From a virus, in IMG/VR virus record IMGVR_UViG_3300020037_005798, positions 4,764 to 68,763 of that record: a DNA stretch of 64,000 bases. One strand, 5' to 3'. Of the stretch, positions 38,146-48,755 are shown piece after piece. Under the pieces are notes generated by a model. That model was given only the letters and a program-made list of their open reading frames with translations, made no database searches and was not told where the DNA came from. Position 1 is the first letter of the stretch, and the number at the start of each line of letters is the position of its first letter. The position numbers and the translations under genes are program-made.

Positions 38146-40731
38146 ATGGCTATTATTAGATACACCAAAGATGCTACAATACGTTATGCGTATTTAAACA
38201 TATTTCCTGATCAGTTTAAAACACAGAAGGAAAAAGAAGATGAGAGCTATATTAAGAATACTATGGATTATTTTTCCAATAAAGCATATTCTGAGTATAC
38301 TAAAAATAGAAATACCTTTACTAAAAATTATGATTTAGTTAAAGGTATATTACATCCAGAAGATTTTTATCTGGAGCCTACAGTAAAAAGTTTTACAGAG
38401 ATTCTTAAACAAGATATTAATCTCCCAAAATATGTACAACAGTATTCTATTGTAACTGCTCCTCTTAATGCTTTAGTGGGAGAATGTACTAAAAGACCTG
38501 ATTCATACTCTGTAAAAGCTTTTGATGATGATAGTCGTTCAGAAGAATTGTCTTATAAGACAGAAATACTACAAGACTATATTATAAGTGGAGCTAAACA
38601 AAAGATTTTAGTGAAAGCACAACAACAAGGTATTGAAATCCCTGAAGAAGAATTACAACAAAGAAGTTTAGAAAGTGTTAAAGAAGATTTAGATTCCTAT
38701 ACTTCAATAGCTGAAAAATGGACTAATCATGCTTTAACTTCTTGTAAGGCAGAGTTTAATACTAAAGAAAAGAGTGAAGAAGCATTTAGGGATTTGCTTA
38801 TTAGTAATCATGAATACTTCCACATATATGAGGATAACTCTAAAACAGGATTTAATGTTAGAGTAGAAAATCCTAAAAATGTCTGGAAACTTACTACACC
38901 AGATAAAAAATATACTTCAGATCCTTCTGGAAGAAATCAAGGAGCATATGCTAGTGGTATTGTGGAAGTTATGGAACTTTCTGAAATTATAGAAACAGTA
39001 CCAGAATTAACAAAAGAAGAAATAGACCATCTACGAACTTCATTACAAGATTATGGACTTATTAATGTTAGAGAATCTAACTTAGGTAATCCAAATGCTG
39101 CTGATGGGCAAGACTCTATATTATATGATACATATGATCCTTTAGTTCTACAACAAAGAATGTTGATAGAATCTGAAATGAAAGAGAATAATGATGGACT
39201 TAGAGATTTTCTTGGGTTAACATCTAATGTCTCTGCCTTTGGATATAAATATGTAGTAGTTACAGCATACTGGGCTTCCAAAAAGAAAATAGGAAAAGTC
39301 ACTTATTTAGATGAGTTTGACCAACCACAAACTATGTTAGTAGATGAGAACTATAAAAGTGGTACCATACCAACACAAATTTCTTTAGAGTGGGGTTGGA
39401 TTAATCAATGGTATAAAGGAAGAAAGATTGGACCAGATATTTATCATATGTCCCCTCTTAAATTACTAAATTATAATCCTATTATAGGACTTAACTATGA
39501 TATTAAAAATACAGAGGGTAGGAGTTTCATTGATATGATGAGACCTTTCCAAGCTACCTATAATGTATGTATGAACCAATTATGGCAACTTCTTGAAAAA
39601 GAGATTGGTAATGTTGGGGTAATTAATGTTAGAAGAGTACCTAGGGTTAAAGGTGGAGATTCTAATGATGATATTGATATTTGGGAAATGGAAGCTAGAG
39701 AAAGAGGTATCATGTTTGATGATGATTCCCCAGAGAATACTAAAGCTCCTGTTACAAATCAATCTGTTGCAAGAAATGTAGATTTAACTCGTTCTAATGA
39801 GATGCAAACTAGATATAATTTAGCTGTACAATTAAAGAATGAGTGTTGGGAACTTATTGGTATGAGTAAACAAAGACTTGGTGCAGTTACTGCTAGTGAA
39901 AGTGCTACAGGTACTAATACAGCAATGCAACAATCTTATGTTCAAACAGAACCTTGGTTTATTGCACATGAATATTTATTAGGACAGTTTTATCAAGGTA
40001 TAATTGATGCTTGTTTATATATTGCTTCAACAAAACCAGAATCAACTGTATCTTACATTAATTCAGAAGGACTTTCAAGTTTTGTATCTGTAAATCAATC
40101 TGATTTATCTTTTAGAGATTTAAAAGTATTCCCAACTAATAGACCAGAAGATGTGAAAATGTTGCAAGAACTTAGAGAACTTGCACAACCTCTTATGCAA
40201 AATGGTGGTTCTTTATATGATGTTATTGAATTGTATGGTAATAAATCTTTACGTTCACTTAAGAAAGTATTTAGAGATCTTAGAGATAGACTTGCTGAAC
40301 AACAACAACAAGAACAAGACATCAAACGTCAAGAACTTGAACAACAACAAGCACAAGCACAAGCTCAAATTGAACAAGCATATCAACAACATAGAGAAAT
40401 CATGGAAAACCAGAATATGCAAAATGAGCTTGATAGGCTTTCTGATAAAGAGATTGCTATCATTAAAGCAAGTGGGTTTGGACAAGTTCAAACTGAGGAT
40501 GCTGACAAAGATGGTATACCTGATATTCTTGAACTATCTAAAATACAACAGGATAGAGATAAGATTACTAAAGACTATAATTCTAAGCTAACAGATATAG
40601 CTTCTAAGAATAAACAGTTTGATGGTAAAATGGCTATTGAAAGAGAAAAAATCAAAGTAGCAAGAGAAAATATGCGAAATGATTTAGAGATTGCTAAGAC
40701 CAATGCTAAGAATAGAGGTACAAAAAAATAA
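38146..40731 (+). CDS. Portal protein
   Basis: 861 aa after terL; GMSKQRLG.V.ASESATG motif and Q-rich coiled tail typical of crAss-like portals. Confidence 0.88.
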   Translation: MAIIRYTKDATIRYAYLNIFPDQFKTQKEKEDESYIKNTMDYFSNKAYSEYTKNRNTFTKNYDLVKGILHPEDFYLEPTVKSFTEILKQDINLPKYVQQYSIVTAPLNALVGECTKRPDSYSVKAFDDDSRSEELSYKTEILQDYIISGAKQKILVKAQQQGIEIPEEELQQRSLESVKEDLDSYTSIAEKWTNHALTSCKAEFNTKEKSEEAFRDLLISNHEYFHIYEDNSKTGFNVRVENPKNVWKLTTPDKKYTSDPSGRNQGAYASGIVEVMELSEIIETVPELTKEEIDHLRTSLQDYGLINVRESNLGNPNAADGQDSILYDTYDPLVLQQRMLIESEMKENNDGLRDFLGLTSNVSAFGYKYVVVTAYWASKKKIGKVTYLDEFDQPQTMLVDENYKSGTIPTQISLEWGWINQWYKGRKIGPDIYHMSPLKLLNYNPIIGLNYDIKNTEGRSFIDMMRPFQATYNVCMNQLWQLLEKEIGNVGVINVRRVPRVKGGDSNDDIDIWEMEARERGIMFDDDSPENTKAPVTNQSVARNVDLTRSNEMQTRYNLAVQLKNECWELIGMSKQRLGAVTASESATGTNTAMQQSYVQTEPWFIAHEYLLGQFYQGIIDACLYIASTKPESTVSYINSEGLSSFVSVNQSDLSFRDLKVFPTNRPEDVKMLQELRELAQPLMQNGGSLYDVIELYGNKSLRSLKKVFRDLRDRLAEQQQQEQDIKRQELEQQQAQAQAQIEQAYQQHREIMENQNMQNELDRLSDKEIAIIKASGFGQVQTEDADKDGIPDILELSKIQQDRDKITKDYNSKLTDIASKNKQFDGKMAIEREKIKVARENMRNDLEIAKTNAKNRGTKK

Positions 40732-40849
40732 AGGTATTATAATGCTATATTACCAAAAATATTTAATGATATATTAACTAATTACTTTGAAATTATTAAA
40801 ATACAGAGTAGTTTTACACTAGAAATAAACCAATTTATATAACTACATT

Positions 40850-42094
40850 ATGGCACAAGATGATAACAACCTTTCTATAGGTGACTTTAGTATTCAGGAT
40901 ACTATGGAATTGGGAGTAGGTAATACAGCATTACTTGAAGGATTATATGCTTCAGAAAGTGCTTCAGCCTCCCCAGAAGATATTTCACCAATTGTTAAGA
41001 CAGTTGAAGAAGATTTTATTCCAGAAGAAAAAACAGCCCCTAAAGGTAAACAGGTATCTCACCCAGAAGCTCCTGAAGAAGAAAAAAGAAAAGATATAAT
41101 TTCTAATTTCTTAGGATCAGAAGAAGTGGTAGTACCAGAAGCTGGAGAAAAGAATATTATTAAAGAAGTACAAGATGTTCCTGAACCAGAAACTTCAACA
41201 GTTACTCAGTATACTGCACTAGCAAATGATTTATTCAATCTAGGAGTATTTAGTAAAGATGAAGATGAAGAAGATGTTGAGATTAAATCTCCTGAAGAAT
41301 TTTTAGAAAGATTTAATGCAGAAAAGAAAAAAGGAGCTATTGAAACTATAGATAATTTTATAGGTCAATTTGGTGAAGATTATAAAGCCGCTTTTGATGC
41401 CATATATGTAAAGGGAGTTAATCCAAAAGATTACTTCTCTGTATATAACACATTAGTTGATTTTGCTGAATTAGATATTTCTAATGAAGACAATCAAGTA
41501 AAAGTTATGAAACAAGCACTTACAGATCAAGGGTTTGACCCAGAAGATGTAGATGCAGAAATTGAAAGATTGAGAAATTATGGTGATTTAGAGATAGCAG
41601 CTACCAGACATCATAAAGTATTGGTTAAAAAAGATGCTAACAGATTGCAAGAAATGGAAGCTAAGGCTCAAGAAGGTTTGCAAAGAAAAGCAGCCATAAA
41701 AAACCAATACATTCAAAATGTTCAAAGTGTCATAACAGACAAATTAAAGAATAAAGAATTTGATGGTTTACCATTAAATCCAAAAATAGCAGCTGAACTA
41801 CAAGACTTCTTATTAGTTGATAAGTGGAAAACGCCAACTGGAGAAACGCTTACAGATTTTGATAGAGCAATCTTAGATCTTAAGAATCCAGAAAAACACG
41901 CAACCAAGGTTAAGCTTGCATTGCTAATGAAAATTTTAGAAAAAGATCCAACCTTATCAACGATACAGAAAACAGGTGTCACTAAAAAAACTGACCAATT
42001 GTTTTCAGAAGTTGCTAGACAGGCTTCTAAACAAGGAGGTAATGCTCCTACAAATTCACAAGCATTTAATGCTGAAAGTTGGTTTAAAAAATAA
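40850..42094 (+). CDS. Putative scaffolding protein
   Basis: Acidic N-terminus, helical, located between portal and MCP. Confidence 0.6.
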   Translation: MAQDDNNLSIGDFSIQDTMELGVGNTALLEGLYASESASASPEDISPIVKTVEEDFIPEEKTAPKGKQVSHPEAPEEEKRKDIISNFLGSEEVVVPEAGEKNIIKEVQDVPEPETSTVTQYTALANDLFNLGVFSKDEDEEDVEIKSPEEFLERFNAEKKKGAIETIDNFIGQFGEDYKAAFDAIYVKGVNPKDYFSVYNTLVDFAELDISNEDNQVKVMKQALTDQGFDPEDVDAEIERLRNYGDLEIAATRHHKVLVKKDANRLQEMEAKAQEGLQRKAAIKNQYIQNVQSVITDKLKNKEFDGLPLNPKIAAELQDFLLVDKWKTPTGETLTDFDRAILDLKNPEKHATKVKLALLMKILEKDPTLSTIQKTGVTKKTDQLFSEVARQASKQGGNAPTNSQAFNAESWFKK

Positions 42095-42118
42095 TTAATA
42101 ATCTAAAGTTAAATAAAA

Positions 42119-43672
42119 ATGGCAATTCAAACTATTCCTGGCTTAACTGGCTTTACCTACGCAAGGGTCGCTTCAATGGACAAACGTGCAGTAGGAAAAT
42201 TGACAGATAGCAATCACTTAGAGTCTTTTCACTCTACAGAACCAGCTGACTATGATAAGAAAATCATCAGCTTGTATACTCAGAGCTCATTATATTCTAA
42301 TGACTTCTTAGACATGATCAACAAGAGCACTCCTTATTACATTGATAATAATAGTGATTCTTGGAAATGGGACATCAATGTTCCTTACAAATTCCCAAAA
42401 ATTATTGAAGTCCCTACTTCTACTGCAGAATTAATTAAACCAGGTATTGATGGTCAAGAGTTTTCTCTTGTTCTGGATAGAAATGAGTTTTCTAAAAATG
42501 CTATCATTGCTGTAGGAACACGTCAATATGGTCCTCGCTTCTACGTTATTAAAGATCCTATGCCTTGGGGTGTTGGTTTCCTTTACACTTTCACACTTGT
42601 TTCTGATAATCCAATGGTTGACTTTGTCACTAGTACATACCTACAAGTAGGAGTAGAATGTGAGTTAGTTGATGCTGCTATTGGTGAGTTTGATCAAGAC
42701 TTGTTAGGTTTACCTAGCTTGGGTGAAAAAATCACAATGTTTGAATCTTTAGGTTCTGCATATGGTTTTGAGCATACAGTTTCCAAATGGGCTGATGAAA
42801 AAATGTTACGTGATGCTTCAGGAAGACCTTTGGATATTCTTGTATATGCTAGACAACAAAACAATGAATTACCATTAACTCGTAATGATGTTAAGTGGGA
42901 GCCATTTATTGAGTTCTGGATGCGTAAAAGTATGTTGGAATTGAAAGTTAAAAAAATGATCTGGGGTAAACCAGGTACAGTTAAAACTAACGGTTCTAAA
43001 CAAGAAGTTAAACGTACTTCTGCTGGTGTATACCACAGAATGAGAAACAACGGTAACTTAGTACAGTACAATAGAGGTGAGTTTAGTGCAAACTTAGTTC
43101 GTTCTGTATTTGGTGATTTATTCTACAGAAGAGTAGATGTTAAAGACCGTAGAGTTAAAATGTATACTAATGAAGCTGGATTCGATGTATTCCAACAAGC
43201 TTTGAAAAATGATGCATTAAACTCTGGTTTAACTTTCGTAGCAGATTCTGGAAACAGATTTATGCAAGGTGAAGGTCAGCATATCACATATAACTTTGCT
43301 TTTGATAGTATGATTACACGTGAAACTGGTCGTGTTGAGTTAATTCACTTGAAAGAGTTAGATTTACCTCAAACTAACTTAGAGTATGGACAAAACAAGA
43401 AATCTACTCCAGTATTTATGGTGTTCGATGTTTCTCCAATGTCTGATGGTTCTATGATTAACAACATTCGTGAAGTGAGAATGAAAGGTGCTCCTTCAAT
43501 GACTTGGGGTTATATCGATGGTCGTGCTCATCACTTAGGTTTTGCTAAATCTCAAGGTATGCAATCGGCTAATAAATTCCCAGGGTATACCTTGTGGATG
43601 GAAGACAGATGTGATGTCTTTGTTGAAGATTTATCAAGAACTGTGTTGATCGAAGAGATTCCACAATTCTAA
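42119..43672 (+). CDS. Major capsid protein
   Basis: 517 aa; position after portal/scaffold, high-expression codon bias, crAss-like MYTNEAG.DVFQ motif. Confidence 0.85.
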   Translation: MAIQTIPGLTGFTYARVASMDKRAVGKLTDSNHLESFHSTEPADYDKKIISLYTQSSLYSNDFLDMINKSTPYYIDNNSDSWKWDINVPYKFPKIIEVPTSTAELIKPGIDGQEFSLVLDRNEFSKNAIIAVGTRQYGPRFYVIKDPMPWGVGFLYTFTLVSDNPMVDFVTSTYLQVGVECELVDAAIGEFDQDLLGLPSLGEKITMFESLGSAYGFEHTVSKWADEKMLRDASGRPLDILVYARQQNNELPLTRNDVKWEPFIEFWMRKSMLELKVKKMIWGKPGTVKTNGSKQEVKRTSAGVYHRMRNNGNLVQYNRGEFSANLVRSVFGDLFYRRVDVKDRRVKMYTNEAGFDVFQQALKNDALNSGLTFVADSGNRFMQGEGQHITYNFAFDSMITRETGRVELIHLKELDLPQTNLEYGQNKKSTPVFMVFDVSPMSDGSMINNIREVRMKGAPSMTWGYIDGRAHHLGFAKSQGMQSANKFPGYTLWMEDRCDVFVEDLSRTVLIEEIPQF

Positions 43673-43770
43673 AAAATAGCTTAGAGAAATCTAAGCAAAA
43701 GAGTGCAGGTAAGCTGTGGCCCTTCAATGGGCACACTCTTCTAAATTAAACCAATTTAATCAACTACATT

Positions 43771-44739
43771 ATGGGTAAGATAGGAAAAATCTCTACTATT
43801 AAGAAAGAGTTTAACAGTTCTCAATTGCAAACTATGCAAAGTGAGTTAGCTAAGAAAGGTATGACAAGGATTCCTGGAACAGGAGTTTTTAAATATCCTT
43901 ATAAAGAGGTAGATGGTAAGTATAGAACAGGATTAGATCCAGATGCTGCTTACATCAAAAGAATTGCAGATCCTCTAGAAAAAGATTTAGAAATCGAAAG
44001 AGTTACTAAATTAAAAGAAAAACTAGAGAACGCTTTAGGTGGTTTAGACTTAGGTCCAAGAGCTCCTTTCTGGAATTATGGTTTATCACGTTCTTCTTCA
44101 GACGAATTACATGTACAACCAGTGAAGCTAATAGATGGTGATAACATTTACGATCTTAATGCTACTTTTCAAGAACTGGCTTTTTCATGGTTAAGAGTAC
44201 ATCCTTCAATTGCATCAAGCTATCAAGCTTGGGAAAGAGGTGAATTTCCTGCTGACACACAATTTTATGTTGTGGATGAAGATGTTGAAAGTGCTATCGT
44301 TCATAGAAAAAAACAACTTGTAAACAAAGCTATAGGTAAGTTTGAAAATATGTCTCCTGAGAAAAGAAAAAAAGTTGCAAGACTTTTAGGGCTTCCAGTG
44401 AGTGAGAACACTAAGGAAGAGATTGTGTACAATCTAATAGATACTGTATTAAAACAAACAGAATTTAAAACTGGTTTATTCCAAGGTAAAAGTCCTGTAG
44501 AAGTATTTAATAGATTTGCAGATATGCAAGAAAACTTACTCCATATTAAAGATTTGGTTAAACAAGCTATTGGACATTCTATTTATAGAGTTAGAAATAG
44601 TGGAAGAATTTATGAAGGCGAGTATGAAGTTGCAGTAGATGAAGATGCATTAGTTAAATACTTAATTAGTGAAGAACATCAAGATGACTTACTCGTTTTA
44701 GAAGAAAAGCTTAAAACTAAAAAATTTGCTTCTGTTTAA
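43771..44739 (+). CDS. Conserved crAss-like head-module protein downstream of MCP
   Basis: 322 aa; position in the head gene block. Confidence 0.55.
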   Translation: MGKIGKISTIKKEFNSSQLQTMQSELAKKGMTRIPGTGVFKYPYKEVDGKYRTGLDPDAAYIKRIADPLEKDLEIERVTKLKEKLENALGGLDLGPRAPFWNYGLSRSSSDELHVQPVKLIDGDNIYDLNATFQELAFSWLRVHPSIASSYQAWERGEFPADTQFYVVDEDVESAIVHRKKQLVNKAIGKFENMSPEKRKKVARLLGLPVSENTKEEIVYNLIDTVLKQTEFKTGLFQGKSPVEVFNRFADMQENLLHIKDLVKQAIGHSIYRVRNSGRIYEGEYEVAVDEDALVKYLISEEHQDDLLVLEEKLKTKKFASV

Positions 44740-44759
44740 AAATTTAAAGTGAATAAACA

Positions 44760-45491
44760 ATGATACCTGTAGATAGTTTATTATATAAGATTGACCAACG
44801 ATTGAATAAGCTATCAACAAATGAACATCAGCAAATTCAATTAGAAGATAAGATTTTAGCTTTGAATGAAGCTCAAATCAAGTTAATTAAGCAAAAGGTT
44901 GATGGTTTTAGTTCTTTGAGTGGTATGGGGCTTGATGCTTTTAAGAAAAGATATGAAGATTTACAAATGCTAATCATAAGCTATGTAGATGGTGAATTAG
45001 ATTTAACTTTAAAAGATCCAGTCATAAATCAATATGGTGCAGACATACATGCTTTAGACCCTAAATATATGTTTTATATAGATGCATATATTTTAGCAGA
45101 CAAAGGTGTATGTAAGGACAGAAAGATATGGATTAATAAAGATCTTGCTAAACATGGTGATCTCTCATTGTTATTAAATAATGAGCATTATAAGCCAAGT
45201 TTTGAATATCAAGAAACTTTTAATTTTCTTTCTTCAGATGAGATGAGTATTTTTTCAGATGGTACATTTACTCCTAAAAAAATATTTGTATCATATATGA
45301 GATACCCACAATATATTGACAAAGCAGGTTATATTAAATTTGATGGAACACCATCAATAGATGTAAACTGTGAACTAGAAGTATACTTAGAAGATGAATT
45401 ATTAGATTTAACAGTTCAAAATCTAGCAATGTATACAGGAAACCAACAAGCTGTGCAATCCTCACAAATGAGGATACAAACAAATGAGTAA
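44760..45491 (+). CDS. Putative tail ring / head-tail connector protein
   Basis: LNEAQ...YMRYP...CEL...ELLDL pattern typical of crAss ring proteins. Confidence 0.6.
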   Translation: MIPVDSLLYKIDQRLNKLSTNEHQQIQLEDKILALNEAQIKLIKQKVDGFSSLSGMGLDAFKKRYEDLQMLIISYVDGELDLTLKDPVINQYGADIHALDPKYMFYIDAYILADKGVCKDRKIWINKDLAKHGDLSLLLNNEHYKPSFEYQETFNFLSSDEMSIFSDGTFTPKKIFVSYMRYPQYIDKAGYIKFDGTPSIDVNCELEVYLEDELLDLTVQNLAMYTGNQQAVQSSQMRIQTNE

Positions 45492-45512
45492 TAATAATTA
45501 ATATTTATAACA

Positions 45513-46667
45513 ATGGCTGATTTTTCATTAACTACGCTTTTTGTAGTACCAGTAGGGCAAACAACACTCCCTAGCTCTGGATCTACACAAGATTTGACAG
45601 CAGGACAAGTAGGTTTATTCAGAAATGATTATACCTTAGCTACTGCAGGCAATATCGCAGCTGCTCCATATTTTTATGTAGCACAAGGAAGAAGTAACAC
45701 CTATTTACAAGGCTCTAAAAGATCTGATAAGATTAAAGGATGTCCTAGTGGTGCAGGGTGTAACTCAAATGTTACTGAGTGGTATAAAGTAACAGGATGT
45801 GCAACTCCTGTGAACCAAATCACTGATGTAACAGACTTTAATGTAAAATGTGGAGATGTAGTAACTTTAACGTTACGTGCTTTCTCATCTTATATTAACA
45901 CGTTGTATTTCAATGGATTTACACGTTCAGTAACTGTTCAAGCACCTTGTTGTGATTGTGGAGCTGATCCATGTGAAACAACTGATGTAAGTGCTTTGAT
46001 TGATCAATTGATTGAGAAATTAACTCAAGCTGCTCCTGGGACTAATCCAGACAACATTAGCTTTAACACATTCTACACATTTACAAATGTTGGTGGAACT
46101 ACGTTAAGAATTGAAGGAAAACCATTAACCAAATATGGTGTACCTTGTGATGTTGCTGCTTTCCCTTATGAATATGACAGAATGTGGTTTAGAACCTTTG
46201 TTATCAATGGTCCAGCTACTACTGCAGATTTCATTGTGGATGATGCTTGTGATGTTGTAGCTGTAGCTACTGACATTCAAAAATCTAACTATGCTAAAGG
46301 TACTTCAGAAGAAATTGCTCAATTAGAGAAAAACTTCTATAGCTATCAAGCTGGTTACTTGAAACATTTATTCAGAATGGCTGGTTTCAACCAGAATTTT
46401 GAAAGTTTAGTAGCTGATGGTCAGGTTTATGACCTATACTACATCAAGTTCAATGAAATCAACAAAGCAGCTTATAATTTTGGGGATTATGTTCCACAAG
46501 ATTCTACTGTTGTAATTGCAACAATTTCTGGGGGTGCTTTTGCTACTGCTTTAGAAACTGTACTTGAGGCAGGTTTAGGAACTGTTGTTGATGATTCTGG
46601 GGTTTGTGTTACTACAACTTCAACTACTACTGTAGCACCAACAACTACCACTACTACTACTACATAG
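45513..46667 (+). CDS. Putative auxiliary capsid protein with poly-Thr tail
   Basis: 384 aa, high-expression codon bias, ends VTTTSTTTVAPTTTTTTTT. Confidence 0.55.
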   Translation: MADFSLTTLFVVPVGQTTLPSSGSTQDLTAGQVGLFRNDYTLATAGNIAAAPYFYVAQGRSNTYLQGSKRSDKIKGCPSGAGCNSNVTEWYKVTGCATPVNQITDVTDFNVKCGDVVTLTLRAFSSYINTLYFNGFTRSVTVQAPCCDCGADPCETTDVSALIDQLIEKLTQAAPGTNPDNISFNTFYTFTNVGGTTLRIEGKPLTKYGVPCDVAAFPYEYDRMWFRTFVINGPATTADFIVDDACDVVAVATDIQKSNYAKGTSEEIAQLEKNFYSYQAGYLKHLFRMAGFNQNFESLVADGQVYDLYYIKFNEINKAAYNFGDYVPQDSTVVIATISGGAFATALETVLEAGLGTVVDDSGVCVTTTSTTTVAPTTTTTTTT

Positions 46668-46686
46668 TAGATAAGGTCTTTAATAT

Positions 46687-46728
46687 AAAGAGGGGAAGGA
46701 AAGCTAGCTTTCTCTTCCTCTTTTTTTT
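46687..46728 (+). terminator. Intrinsic terminator
   Basis: AAAGAGGGGAAGGAAAGC-TA-GCTTTCTCTTCCTCTTTTTTTT. Confidence 0.75.
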
Positions 46729-46742
46729 AAAATAAACTTAAA

Positions 46743-47294
46743 ATGGCTGTATTAAACTTAAATATACTTGTTATTCCTACCTATAATGTAGATACTATGA
46801 TGGTTGTGGATGCTTCTACATATCCTACAGATCCTCCTGCAGTTATTTCTCCAACTATTGAAGTTACTCCTCCAGGGTTTGAAACAGCAGTATTGCCTTT
46901 TAGTATTGATGATTATAATATTTTCACCACTTCTAATCTTGGTATTACAGAAGAAGGAGTTAATCAAGCATTACCTGATGGTATTTATCATATAAAATAT
47001 TCTATTGCTCCAGCATTTACAAACTTTGTTGAAAAATCTATAATGAGAGTAGATAAGCTTCAAGAAAGATTTGATGAAGCATTTATGAAGTTAGATATGA
47101 TGGAATGTGACCAAGCAATTAAAACTCAAGAAAAAGTAAATTTATCTACTATTTATTTCTTTATTCAAGGAGCTATTGCTGCTGCTAATAATTGTAGCAC
47201 TGTAAATGCTATGGAGTTATATAATAAAGCTTCTAAAATGCTTACTAGTTTTATGAAGCAAGATTGTGGATGTTTTGGTACTAATTATAAATAA
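46743..47294 (+). CDS. Virion structural protein (tail hub/adaptor candidate)
   Basis: 183 aa, LPDGIY.I.Y Ig-like motif, C-terminal CGC. Confidence 0.55.
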   Translation: MAVLNLNILVIPTYNVDTMMVVDASTYPTDPPAVISPTIEVTPPGFETAVLPFSIDDYNIFTTSNLGITEEGVNQALPDGIYHIKYSIAPAFTNFVEKSIMRVDKLQERFDEAFMKLDMMECDQAIKTQEKVNLSTIYFFIQGAIAAANNCSTVNAMELYNKASKMLTSFMKQDCGCFGTNYK

Positions 47295-47302
47295 TCATTG
47301 TT

Positions 47303-47413
47303 ATGGGCTGTCAATCAACAAGTTGTAAAAAATGTGGGGCTTCATATCCTGCTTGTCAATTAAGAAATGGGCTTTGTAGTATATGCAGAGCTATAAAATC
47401 TTTGTTATGCTAA
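47303..47413 (+). CDS. Small Cys-rich peptide (36 aa)
   Basis: MGCQSTSCKKCGASYPACQLRNGLCSICRAIKSLLC; fills the gap and overlaps the next ATG. Confidence 0.55.
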   Translation: MGCQSTSCKKCGASYPACQLRNGLCSICRAIKSLLC

Positions 47414-47673
47414 CACCTAGACTTACTAATTGTAAAGAATGTGCTGACATTAGTTCACTAATTGCAGAAATAGATTGTAAGTTAGCTGAATTGAGTGTAA
47501 ATTTGTACAACAATATTGTATTTATCTTGAATAAGAAAATAAATCAAGAAGCTATTTCAGATTTACTACTATATAAAAGAATACTACAGTACAAGTATTG
47601 TAATCCTAACTATGCTGGAGAGTACACTGTAAATATGATTCAAAGTAGAATTAAAATTTTAAAATATAAATAA
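47407..47673 (+). CDS. Small structural protein (start MLTPRL)
   Basis: Internal ATG at 47407 of the listed ORF 47383-47673. Confidence 0.55.
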   Translation: MLTPRLTNCKECADISSLIAEIDCKLAELSVNLYNNIVFILNKKINQEAISDLLLYKRILQYKYCNPNYAGEYTVNMIQSRIKILKYK

Positions 47674-47674
47674 A

Positions 47675-48745
47675 ATGGGATGTAAAAATTGTTTTAATGG
47701 ATGTGCTGATATTATATCAGATAAGTGTATGAAATACACAGGTATAGATATTCCAGCTTTAGGCATTGAAAATGGGGATACTTTGGCAGCTGTTGAAAGT
47801 GCTATTTTTACTTTCCTAGTTCCTGTATTAACTGGTACTGGTGTAAAGCCTAATATTGATAAAGATATTATTTGTGAAGTAATTAATCAATACTTACCTG
47901 TTTGTACTGAATGTACAGGATTTACTTTGAATGAAGTATTAACAGCAATAATTAGAGCTGTTTGTAACTTACAGAATCAAATTGATGTAACAAATGAAGC
48001 TATAGATGTTATAGAAGCATCTTATACTATTGGATGTTTAACAGGGGTAAGTTCTACTTCTGGTACACATAATATATTACAAGCTGTAATTACAAAATTA
48101 TGTTCTTTAGATAGTACATTAAGTGCTTTGATTGTTTCTTTACCAACTACATATGTTAGTATTGCCAACATAAATACTTATATCAAAGATTATTTAGCTT
48201 CTTCAGGAGCAACTACTCTTGTATCAAGTAAAATGGTTCCACATACAGCAATGGAGTATTATGGTCCTTTAACACAATTTGATGTTACAGGAGCAGGTAC
48301 AGGGGATTGGGAAAAAATTTATTTATGTAATGGAAATAATGGTACTCCTGATAAAAGAGGTAGAGTTGCTGTAGGTACGACTTCTGGAATGGGTGGTGGA
48401 GTATTAAGTCCTGTTGTAGACCCTGGAGTAATAGGTAACCCTGCTTATTCATTAGGTACAACTGCAGGAAGTAATTTGGTAGTTCTTAACCAAGGACAAC
48501 TTCCAAGCCATACTCATACTGCTGTAGTATCAGACCCTGGGCATTTTCATACATTTGATAATTACAATATAATTAATGGGGTAACAACAACCCCAGTTAT
48601 TGGAAATAGTAATACAATTGCTCCTGCTAATACTAATCCAGCTACAACTGGTATTACAGTAACTAATTCTCCTACAGGAGGAGGAGCTGGGCATGCTAAT
48701 ATTCAACCAGTAATTGCTTGTCATTACATTATTTATATACCATAA
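47675..48745 (+). CDS. Tail fibre/collar-domain protein
   Basis: LCNGNNGTPDKRGRVAVG, LPSHTH, DPGHFH and HANIQP tail-collar/needle motifs. Confidence 0.75.
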   Translation: MGCKNCFNGCADIISDKCMKYTGIDIPALGIENGDTLAAVESAIFTFLVPVLTGTGVKPNIDKDIICEVINQYLPVCTECTGFTLNEVLTAIIRAVCNLQNQIDVTNEAIDVIEASYTIGCLTGVSSTSGTHNILQAVITKLCSLDSTLSALIVSLPTTYVSIANINTYIKDYLASSGATTLVSSKMVPHTAMEYYGPLTQFDVTGAGTGDWEKIYLCNGNNGTPDKRGRVAVGTTSGMGGGVLSPVVDPGVIGNPAYSLGTTAGSNLVVLNQGQLPSHTHTAVVSDPGHFHTFDNYNIINGVTTTPVIGNSNTIAPANTNPATTGITVTNSPTGGGAGHANIQPVIACHYIIYIP

Positions 48746-48755
48746 ATTATAACTT

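Noticed and set aside
8156-43672. Inteins or introns in polA, terL or the major capsid gene
   Set aside because: Gene lengths are ordinary and no C...HN splice motifs or frame breaks were seen; the short polA insertion lacks intein ends
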